From Podarcis cretensis (Eukaryota), in contig OX638149.1 of assembly GCA_951804945.1 (NCBI GenBank), forward strand, positions 32,116,001-32,180,000: a stretch of 64,000 bases of DNA. The letters run 5' to 3'. Position 1 is the first letter of the stretch. Each line of letters opens with the position of its first letter. Positions 27,107 to 37,198 of this stretch are shown here, in pieces. Position numbers and translations under genes: made by a program. The notes beneath the pieces are model-generated. The model searched no databases. It was not told the DNA's origin and worked only from the letters and a program-made list of their open reading frames with translations.

Positions 27107-27278
27107 CAGGGGCGAAACTAGGCTTTGCTTCGCCCAGGTCAAAAACCCAGATTGGCGCGCGCGCACACACAACCCCACGCATTTGTGTACAAACACACAG
27201 GTTTGGAGCCTCAATGGCGCCCCTCTAGATGCTTCACTCGGGGCAAAAACCCCAATCCCCCCCATAGCTATGGCACTG
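27107..27278. mobile_element. hAT-type MITE
   Basis: Perfect 8-bp TSD CCTTCAGC (27099-27106 and 27279-27286); CAG...CTG ends with degenerate TIRs. Confidence 0.75.
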
Positions 27279-27325
27279 CCTTCAGCACTAGGAAATTTCT
27301 CATTATTGTCTCTTCTCAAATGCAG

Positions 27326-27372
27326 GTCGCTTAGGTTTGGATTCAGAAGAGGATCACTGCCTCCCACAGAAG
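27326..27372 (+). CDS. NEK9: NEK9 exon 13
   Basis: GRLGLDSEEDHCLPQK. Confidence 0.94.
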
Positions 27373-27704
27373 GTAAAACTGACTAGACTTTTGCCATACT
27401 TTATGGGCTTCACACAGGTTCACTGTGGCTCTGTTGTGGAGTATGTCCTCTCTTAAGACAGTTTTCTAAAGTTATAACAATTTCAAGACCACGAATTTGG
27501 TACAGTTCAATAATCAATAGGGATAAGCTGGTGGAAGAAAGTAATTCAAAGATCTCTTCTTATTGCGCCTAAGATTTCAGACTAAAACAGCAGAGTGGAA
27601 GAAAAGGAGGACCTTTTCTGCCTCCCCACTTCCAGCTACTCTCTGAAGACTGGAGAAGAGACCCTCTTAAGAAAATTAGGGAGGTGGGCAGGGGAAGGCT
27701 AGAC

Positions 27705-27969
27705 CAGGGGTCAGCAACCTGCAGCCCACAGGCTACAAGTGGCCCATGGGGGTTTTTTAAATGGCCCATGAGCTGCCCACTTGGTGAGTCCCCGCGCGCT
27801 GCGCTAAACCGGTGCAACGCAGAGCAGGGACTCACTTCCGCGGTGCCAGAAATCGTTTCTGCACATGCGCAGACACCAGAAATTGCATCTGCACAGACGC
27901 AATCCAGCCCACGGAGCGATCTCCGCGGGAGTGAACTGGCCCAGGCGAGGTAAACCTTGCCGACCCCTG
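27705..27969. mobile_element. hAT-Charlie-type MITE
   Basis: TIR CAGGGGTC(A/G)GCAA; 8-bp TSD ggctagac/gactagac with CTAGA core. Confidence 0.85.
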
Positions 27970-28530
27970 GACTAGACCATGTGAAAAATGAGCATAATAT
28001 TTTAGTTTCAGTTCATTCATTTACATCTTTGTATTCTTGTTATAAAAGCACCTAGACATTCTGCTGTTGTGTAGGTTTATGGTTCCATTTAGCTCCTAGC
28101 TTTCATATCTCAGTTTCTAACTCTGGCACCACTACTGAGGAGGCACCCTGCCTGGTTCCCTGTTGCTTCACTTCTTGCAGCAAGGGAACCACCAGAAGGC
28201 CCTCGGTGCTGGATCTCCTTTCTACCTAGTCTAGATATTATTATATTTGGTCTTCACTTAGGAAAATAGGAGCCTTATCAAACCAGGTCGGAGTATTTGT
28301 CCAATTTGCCCAGAATTATTTACTTTTGCTATCAGCAGGTCTCCAAGGTTTTAAGCAGAGGTCTTTCATGTCACCTGCTACTTCATCCTTTTTTAAAAGT
28401 GGAGGTTCTAAGGATTGCATTGGGACTTTGTTCATACAAAGCATCTACTCTGCTATTGAACTAACATTTCTCTTACTTGTTGACTCTGCAGTATTCTGTT
28501 GCAAGGATGTATCATGTTTCTCCTCTATAG

Positions 28531-28686
28531 GTAGAAATTCAGAAGACTTCCAATATTGTTTCAGTCCAGTGCGGCAGTGATGGAACCTTCCTACTCACAC
28601 AGGCAGGCAAGGTTTTGGCTTGCGGTCTGAATGAGTTCAACAAACTGGGCCTGAACCAATGCACTTCAGGGATCATTAATCACGAT
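28531..28686 (+). CDS. NEK9: NEK9 exon 14
   Basis: [52 protein letters not shown]. Confidence 0.96.
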
Positions 28687-29053
28687 GTGAGTAGTAATTT
28701 TCAAATTGCGTGGGAAATAAAGTTCTGGAAGTAGCAAACACGTATCTATTAATAAAAATGAATTTATTTTCAATAATCATTAATAAATGAAACATAATAT
28801 ATTTATTGAGTACTAGGTTGGAGCCATAGAAGGAAAAGAAAAACTAATGTGATATACCATGCTTGGCAGTAGACTGCTTTCAGTTTTGTGTGGTACATTC
28901 AGCTACAGGTTGGGTGTATTTGAGCAGTCTGTACAAGAAAATAGAATTTGATCTAGGCAAAAATTGTTTGCTTTGGAGGGACTTGTATGATACTATGGCT
29001 TAGTGAAGCACCACATGGATAGATTTGTTGGACTGTCTGCTCTCTTCCCTTAG

Positions 29054-29162
29054 GCTTACCAAGAAATTCCATACACCACCTGCTTCACTTTGGCCAAGAA
29101 ACTCTCCTTCTACAAAGTTCGCACCATTGCCCCAGGAAAGACACACACAGCTGCCATAGATG
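29054..29162 (+). CDS. NEK9: NEK9 exon 15
   Basis: [36 protein letters not shown]. Confidence 0.96.
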
Positions 29163-29236
29163 GTGAGATCTAATCCCATTGTAATTGTATTTCATTCTTA
29201 CAAAATAAAATCTGTAAAATACTTGGGGTGGGGGGG

Positions 29237-29298
29237 TGCTTAATGGCCCAAACAAACGACCAGGGTAATGGATTGAGTGTTGAAGAGTGGAATTAAAG
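29237..29298 (+). repeat. 62-bp duplicate of the NEK9 exon 9 / intron 9 junction (source 23675-23736)
   Basis: 56/62 identical without gaps; the first 26 nt are identical. Confidence 0.92.
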
Positions 29299-29616
29299 TA
29301 TGTTTCAACATCAGAATCTGTTCATCACATCCCTCGCGAACATAGATCCGTTTGCAACTGGAAAACATTGTAAATTAATAAAGTACAGACTTGTTAAAAT
29401 TAGTGCACCCTTGCATTTAGCGCTGTATTTTAAATCGGCTGTTTCAAAATTTAAGCTCCACAAACTATTCGAGGTTTATTGAACAGGACCAATGCTGATT
29501 TTGAAATTAGTTTCTTTGTTCCACATTAGTAAAAAAATCTGAAACCTGAGAATTACCAGTGATGTATCAGATAAAGAGGAAGCCTGTCTGGTTCTCCAGT
29601 AGAGCTTAGCCACTGA

Positions 29617-29832
<216 letters not shown>

Positions 29833-31186
29833 TGAGTTGGCCATGATTTTTTGTAAGCAGCATCTACAGAGGGCCAAGGGTGGCTACCTGCAATATTGGA
29901 GGAGAATAACATCCCGACTGCATTAGAGGAGAGGAACTTTGTTGTCTAACAATAATTGTAGTAAAATAACACAAAACATAATGTTCCTGCAGGAGTGCCA
30001 TATGCTGGTGGTTGGGAAGGTTGGGAACCTCTGGCCTAAGTAGGCCTGCCAGACCTCTCCCTTTGGCTTGCCAAGCTGTTTTGTGCAAGCCTCACGCACC
30101 TGTCAAACATCCAATGACCTGTGATGTCAGGTGTGAGGCGGTAAAAGGGATATCTAATCTTCATTCTAAGCACTACAGCACTAAGATGGGAGATAAGCTA
30201 ACCGAACTAGAATACAAAAAAGGGAGGTGTGAGGAGGTCAAGGAAACAAGCAAATGAAAGATAAGTTATGGGAAGGTTTGTTGTGTTTTTTTAATTGTTC
30301 CTATTTCTCTGTTTTCTGTTTTTTATAAAAAAAATTTCTTTCTTATTGTGATGTGTTGTCTAGTTTTTGCCTAACTTGGTGTTTTCTCTTTTTTCTTTTT
30401 GTAACCTTTAAAACTTTAATAAATATTATTTAAAAAAAAAAAAATTGGAGATAAGCCCTCTGGCTACTCATTGACAATAAAAGGCAGTCTTTCCCTTTAC
30501 TGCCGCTGTAATGCTGGGGTGAGGGTAGAAATGCTGCCTTCTGTCTTTTTCTGTTAAGAGATAGCTCTGCCTGATCTTTATCTTCATATCTTTGTGCAAA
30601 ACAACATATATCCAAGATTGGAGATAAACCATCTGTCTGCTCTTTCTCTAAAGAACAGGTAGAGAGCCTACCTTAGTGCTGTGGTGCTTAGCACTAATAA
30701 AGGGTGATAAAATCCCTGATCTTCTGTTAAATTAAGGCAGAGGGATCTTTCCAGCCACCTCTTCCAAGAAGTGGAGTGGAGATAGTTAGAAATGCTGAGT
30801 GTATGTGCATGCATGCGTACCTGGTGTGAGAGTGCATGTATGAGTATATTACTGCATGTATGTACATGCATGTGAGAAGTTGAGAGGTGTCTGGTGTATG
30901 TGTTTCAATGGGAGATTAGAGGTACATGCATTTGTCTTTTCTGAGGAGTTCTTCCACCCACCCACCATTGGAATGACGCTCCCAGAATACTGGGCAAGTG
31001 CCAGTCTGGCCCCTCGCAGAAAATAGGTTCTCAACCCCTGTCTCCTGGTGTTCTTCTAGACTGCATGATTAAAATTTCAACTGAAGGTGAGCCATTTGAG
31101 TGGAATGAAATGCAGCTGTATAGGAATCCTTGAAAGGCAGTTTGGAGTGTCTGACTTGAGACTGATAACACTTTTCTCTTCCCCAG

Positions 31187-31357
31187 ATAACCATATCTTT
31201 GCCTGGGGTAATGGTGGAAATGGCCGTTTAGCAATGACACCAACAGAAAGGGCTCATAGTTCTGATATTTGTACATCATGGCCTCGGCCCATTTTTGGTT
31301 CCCTGCATTACGTCCCAGATTTATCTTGCCGTGGCTGGCACACCATCATAATTGTTG
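31187..31357 (+). CDS. NEK9: NEK9 exon 17
   Basis: [19 protein letters not shown]...[12 protein letters not shown]. Confidence 0.96.
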
Positions 31358-31536
31358 GTGAGTATTAAAAAGTTGGGAAACAGGAGCCTATTCAGGAATA
31401 CTTGTCTTCTCTAATCATAAGGGAAATGTAAAATGTAACAAGTTCACTGGAAGAGTAGGTGATAACCTTTCTAAGGAAATAGGTCAGCATGTTTTTGGAA
31501 CCTTTGTCTGAGAAAATTTTCCTTCTTTCTCTCCAG

Positions 31537-31599
31537 AAAAAGTTATAAATTCTAAAACCATCCTCCGCTCCAGTAGCAGTGGCCTCTCAATTGGGACTG
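31537..31599 (+). CDS. NEK9: NEK9 exon 18
   Basis: EKVINSKTILRSSSSGLSIGT. Confidence 0.94.
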
Positions 31600-31764
31600 G
31601 TAAGTAATCAGACTTTTAATAATAGGCCAAAGCTGGGAAAACACCAACTAGGCTTTAGGAAGGAGGTGGGAGGACTCTAGGACCCTGTCAGAGCCCTCAT
31701 GTCTCCTTCCCCAAGTCCAGTTCCTTGCTTACCCGGCTTTGGGAAGGCAGCATGAGGGCTGGGC

Positions 31765-31765
<1 letters not shown>

Positions 31766-31810
<45 letters not shown>
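31766..31810 (+). repeat. (GT)n microsatellite
   Basis: About 22 units. Confidence 0.92.
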
Positions 31811-31811
<1 letters not shown>

Positions 31812-32660
31812 TGTTGCCAAGAGCCACCAAAGAGGCCTCAATGGCTGCATGTGGCTCTCAGGCCATCTTGCCTGCTGCTTGATGGACCAAATGGGCTGAC
31901 TCAGTGTACCTTCATTCCTACCTGAAAACCTCATCTTGACCTAGCCCATTCATTTCTTTTTTAAAACTCCTCTGGTAGATTATTCTATTTTTGTAGCTTA
32001 TTCTCTCTCCCCCCCCCCCCCATTTCATACATCGGAGAGCACAAAGGTTCTTTTCCTTGACTAACCTGGTTCAGCCCACCTGGTTGAATCAGGATATGGA
32101 GAACTAGTCTAAGAAGATGGATAAGTGGTATTGCCAGAAAAGAATAAGATGGTGAAAGTTAAAGTTGGGGAAGAGGCACAGAGTTGATAAAATAAGTCTC
32201 TTCCTATTACGTTTGAAATAATAATAGTTTGTAGACAAATGTCTGAGAATATATAGTAGGTTTATCTATCACAAAAATCTAAGGGGTCTGCGTTTCCAGA
32301 AAGTGGTAACTTTTGGCTCAGCTTAAGCTACTGTAAGTCCCCAGTGAATTAGTTTCCCCTCCATGCCCCCCACAACCAGTGTATGGACATTAATATAATT
32401 TATTACAATTGCCCAAAATTGTGTGTCTAGTAAGAAATAATTCCAAACCTTTTGGGGTATATGTGTGTATGTTCTGAATATGCCCAGGATCCTATGTGAG
32501 CTGATGTACCTGAGTCTCATATGTTGTTTACTGTTGGATTATCTTCTCTTTGCATCACCATTCTGAGGTTTGACAAGACCTGCATTCCCAAGGCTGAAAA
32601 TGCTCCTGAGCGAACAAGGGAAATATTTAAGGATTTTAATACTCTACCCATTTCTGCTAG

Positions 32661-32851
32661 TGGCCCAAAGCTCTACAGCTGAAGGAGGAGAAGAGGAGGA
32701 AAGCGAGCGGGACTCTGAGACCCCTGACCCCAGCAGAGGTTTCCGAGGAACCATGGAAGCAGACCATGGGATGGGGGATCGGATTAGTGCAACAGAAGCA
32801 GTTGCAGACAGCAGTTCTGCCAGTAGCTCCTGCCCTAGCTGGTTACGCAAG
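32661..32851 (+). CDS. NEK9: NEK9 exon 19
   Basis: [35 protein letters not shown]...CPSWLRK. Confidence 0.94.
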
Positions 32852-33659
32852 GTAACAATTTCTATCTCACCTAAAGCAAAGTGGGTACAGGAAAACTGAA
32901 TAGCATTTTTCCAATAAAGGTGGAGAATTTTTGGGCTAGAGGTTTCTCCTTGAAGTTTAGTTGAATTTTGGAATCTGCGGTGTAGGAATCGCAACTAAAG
33001 AATCCCTGATAGGTGCCCATCCAACCTCTGTTTTAAAATCTCCAGTGAAGGAGAGTCTCCCACTTTCTGAAGTCGTCTGCTCCTTTTTCAAATAGCTCTT
33101 ACTGTCAGAAAGTTCGTCCGAATGTTCTTTTCTTGGCAAATCATAAAAACACCATGGTAAATTTTGCCTCTGTTCCGGAATCACTTCTAAGGGCGTAGTT
33201 TGAATAGCTTTGTAGGTGGGGCTTTTCAGGTAACAGACTCACTTCAGAAGAAGGAAGAGAAACCTTGATTAGAAGGATGATCGGTTTTGAATTCCAAACT
33301 CATAATTTTACAATGTATACCATGTGATTTAGCAGTGCATAAATATTTCTAATTAAAACAAATAAACAATAAATGGGCTCAGAAATCCAGATTCAAAGCT
33401 TGAGAGATTAAGATTAAAGTAGAAACCATTTTAAACTGTCTTTGGCATTTTGTTTATATTTTCCTTTTCATGATGTGGTTTTTTATCATTTTGTTTGTAA
33501 ATGCCCTGAAAGCTGATGTTGAAAGTTGATATAAAATTCCTTTTTCCCATTCTGATTAGCTTCTAGTAAAAATAACTGAGCTGAAGCAAGTTAAAGCTAC
33601 AATATATCCCATCTAGCCTTTTGTATCAATGAGATCTCTTTTTATCCAGTGCCTGTTCT

Positions 33660-34108
33660 TTTATACCTCATGTTATGTTTGCTTCACATTGCGGCTTTTC
33701 AGGTTACGAACGCAGCAAACCTGGAAGTGTTTACTTCGGGGTTCGCCGTGCGCGCATGCGCAGAAGCGACCTGCATGCTTTGCGCATGCGCAGAAGCGCT
33801 CTATTGCGCTTTGCACATGAGCAGTAGCGGCACTCTACTCACTGACTTTTCGGGGTGTGAAAGGCACCCTGAAACGGGTCACAGTTGTAAGTAGAGGTAC
33901 CACTGTGTAGTCATGCCTCAGAAGTTGAACACCTTGCAAGATGAACGTTTTGGCTACCAAACACCATAAACCAATTGTTCCGGGTTCCTTGGAACCTGAA
34001 CGTCCGCCGTTCCTGCAGCCAATTGAAAGCCACGCCTTGGTTCCCGAACGTATTGGAAGTCGAACGGACTTCTAAAACGGATTCTGTTTGACTTCAGAGA
34101 TACGACTA
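33660..34108. mobile_element. Two abutting Tigger-like MITEs (about 33660-33905 and 33908-34108)
   Basis: Right end GAGGTACCACTG at 33905; second element with decayed TIRs tagtcatgcctcagaagttgaac / gtttgacttcagagatacgacta plus TA. Confidence 0.65.
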
Positions 34109-35151
34109 TAATGCTAAAAAAGGGTCTGAAGCAGTTAAAAACATAACCATTTCAGATAATTTTCCTTAGTTTATAGATAAGTACCAAAACCCTAAAAAGC
34201 GACATAGAAACAAGAAAATAGTTTTGTAGGACTGCACAGATTAGTTCATAATGTGTAGGATACATTTTGTTGACCTCCCTTGTAAAATTGAACAGCAGGA
34301 TAAGTAAGTGAAATGCAAGTAAAACTGGCAGAGCCTAAAATTTAATATCAGCCCATCATTGCTGCAATACCAAAGTCTTTCTTTCACAGATAAATCCACA
34401 CATATCAGAGCATGGTTTGCCATTGTTGGACAGCAGTCTATTGTAAGTGCCAATGAAACAAACATTATGAAATCTGGCAGTCATTTGCATCCTGACACTG
34501 AACAAAGCTTATCCACTGAATCATCCCAAAGAAAATATTATTGGGGCAGAAACTCAAACTATCAAGATTCTGCCTCAAATAGGCAGGTACAGCTTATCAG
34601 TTCTGCCACTTCTATTGAATTCAGTCTGTCACTAAGAATAGAAGGATACATATTGCAAGAACACATAATTTCTCTCTGTTACATTCAATGACACATGCTA
34701 TATTTTGGGGGAATAGCACGAAGACAAGTAGAACAGAAAGGAGACAGGCTCCAGTGTTTACTGGAATAAGATGTTCATTTAGCTCAATGTGTTCTAGAGA
34801 AAAAAATCCTTTGTCAGAAGCTATAAGCAAAGATAAATATAAGAATAAAGGATGTTGTTATTGCATCATAAAATCACAAAACCTTGTAAAAATTAAAAAT
34901 ACAGAAATTCAGAAAATCTAAAGATATAAATCAAAAAATTGTTACACTCTTAACAAAGTTTGGAAACATGTGAACTGTGCATCAGTAAATCTTAATAAAC
35001 CTCCACATGTTTGACTCTTAGAGCCATTAACTGAGGTGTGAATCACACTGTGGCTATTTTCTAAACAGAAAGAGAATGCCACCTGTGTTCCTTTTTTATA
35101 TTCCTCAGATTGCAGCAAAGGTAGATAAGAAACTGAAGAAAATCTGACATT

Positions 35152-35153
<2 letters not shown>

Positions 35154-35184
<31 letters not shown>
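35154..35184 (+). repeat. (CT)n microsatellite forming the polypyrimidine tract of NEK9 exon 20
   Basis: About 15 units ending 16 nt before the exon. Confidence 0.88.
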
Positions 35185-35188
<4 letters not shown>

Positions 35189-35200
35189 GTGTGTAACCAG

Positions 35201-35362
35201 GAGCTGGAGAATGCAGAGTTCATCCCCATGCCTGAAAACCCCTCTCTTGTGAGCCTAGCCTCTTCAGAATCTGACAAAGAAACTCTTCCCTACAGCGAGC
35301 TTAAGGGACTGCACTTGGCTTCACCCACACATGTTGATAACAAGTCTGAAGCAGGATCTTGG
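35201..35362 (+). CDS. NEK9: NEK9 exon 20
   Basis: ELENAEFIPMPENP...DKETLPYSELKGL...EAGSW|gtaatg. Confidence 0.92.
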
Positions 35363-35966
35363 GTAATGTAAATTGCTAAACATATGGAACTCTTCAAGAC
35401 AGTTTGAGGCTGATGGTAGAAATAGGATGCAAGGATAATAATTCAGACTGGTATAAATACAGACTTTACATGGGAAAGAGAGATAGTACATAGGAGAGGA
35501 TGTAGTCTTTTCATTTCTGAATAGTGGATAACAGTGAGAAATTAATCCCAGCAGCAATTGATTTAGCAAGGAGACAGATTGCTGAGAATTAAACTGATGC
35601 TGTTTAAGGGCTTCATAATTTAATTTACCTTGCCCTAAGGAGCACCTTTGGTAAGGCACTTTTTTACCCTTCATTTCAAGAAATCAGATTATGGTTGAGG
35701 AGGAGAATTAAAGAAAGAAAACATCTCAAGAAACAGGTACAGCTGTAGTCTTAACCTACCCAGTCTCAAAATAGAGTGCATATGACATTTGCAGCTACAG
35801 ATTTGACAATGATTTCTCTATGAGCTAATATTTCAGTACATCACTTATTCAATAATTCTGCTTCCATTATTTAGTATTAAATTCTCAGTACTTTTGCTCT
35901 CATCTTCTACACATGGCTTGCTGCAAGTATAGGCTTTGAAAAATTTTCACATTGTACATAGATATA

Positions 35967-36046
35967 CAGGGTGAGTCCTTTAAAAGAGGGCCCGTGGATA
36001 CAGAGTACACATGTTCCACGGGGCCTCTTTTAAAAGACTCACCCTG
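35967..36046. mobile_element. 80-bp fold-back mariner-type MITE
   Basis: 32-bp arms (30/32 complementary) starting CAGGGTGAGTC, 16-nt spacer, TA(TA) flanks. Confidence 0.8.
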
Positions 36047-36099
36047 TATATGTACATACAAACAAGCTCATTCCTGAATCTCCTGTCTTTCTTGTGCAG

Positions 36100-36312
36100 C
36101 GGCAACCCTTGGATTCAGCAGAGCCCTGTAGTGGGCAGAAGACATTTGGGGTACCAACTGCATGCAAATGCAGTTTGCTGCAGACTGAAGTGGAACGTCT
36201 GCATGGCTTAATATCAAAGTGTTTGGCTGACCAGCAGATGCTGCAGCAACAAACCAACCGTCTCAGTGCCCAGCTCCAGAGTCTCTCCAGGAGGACAGAA
36301 GGGTCACAGCAG
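36100..36312 (+). CDS. NEK9: NEK9 exon 21 (coiled coil)
   Basis: RQPLD...ACKCSLLQTEVERLHGLISKCLADQQMLQQQ...EGSQQ|gtaagg. Confidence 0.92.
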
Positions 36313-37075
36313 GTAAGGTTTCCATTGTGAGAAGGATGACATATTAAATGCTGGAGTAATTCCTAATGTTCCTGTAGTTCTGTGGAATTGGTGCTGAGAT
36401 CTAGATTAAGAGAAGTTAGGCTGTAGCAGCCAGTTGATAAAGTTGGATGCAAGCTAACAGAGACGCAGAGCGTGTGGCTTATACTGCAGTAATCTAGTAG
36501 CTTCAGACAACCTTGGGCTTGTTGGATTTGTGGCTAGGAATTGTTGACTGTAATATAGTGATGACTGTTTTGTTGGAAGGCTGGAGGATGCCTGACTCAC
36601 ATTTACCAGCAGCATTTGGGGATGCTAGTGTTGGCTTAACCTAGAAACAAATGGGGTCTCTCTTACATCACTCCACTTTTGTTTCTCTTCCCCTGCCTGA
36701 AGACCCCTGGAGGCTGATAATGGGGAAAAGTTGATTATTAAAACACACTTGTTTTTCCTTTCAGTTGGTCATCCCATGTCTGGAGTGTAACTTGAGCTCT
36801 GTTAGCTAGTTGTAGAGGCAGACTGCCCCCCGTAAATATGTTCCAGATTAGCAGGTCTCTGGGAAGCAGCAGATTTTTTAATAACACTTCCTTGGCAGTC
36901 TGAGCAGATGGTTGTTCGACTCTAAACCTCACTATTCTATTCTTTGTACATGTGTGCAATAACCGAATGCAGCAGACATGGTTTAACTGAACAGCCAAGT
37001 GACAGAGTTCATGTGCAATATATAATGTGTTTCTTTATTCTATCAGGAGTAATTTTTGTTTGTTTGTCTGGGCAG

Positions 37076-37198
37076 CTTGAGGCTCATTCCAAAGCCACAC
37101 AAACATCCAAGGAAGAGATGGAAGCAGATCCAAAGCCTGACTTGGATTCTGACTCCTGGTGTCTCCTGGGAACTGACTCATGCCGCTTCAGCCTGTAG
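37076..37198 (+). CDS. NEK9: NEK9 exon 22 (last coding exon)
   Basis: [40 protein letters not shown]. Confidence 0.95.
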   Translation, partial: LEAHSKATQTSKEEMEADPKPDLDSDSWCLLGTDSCRFSL

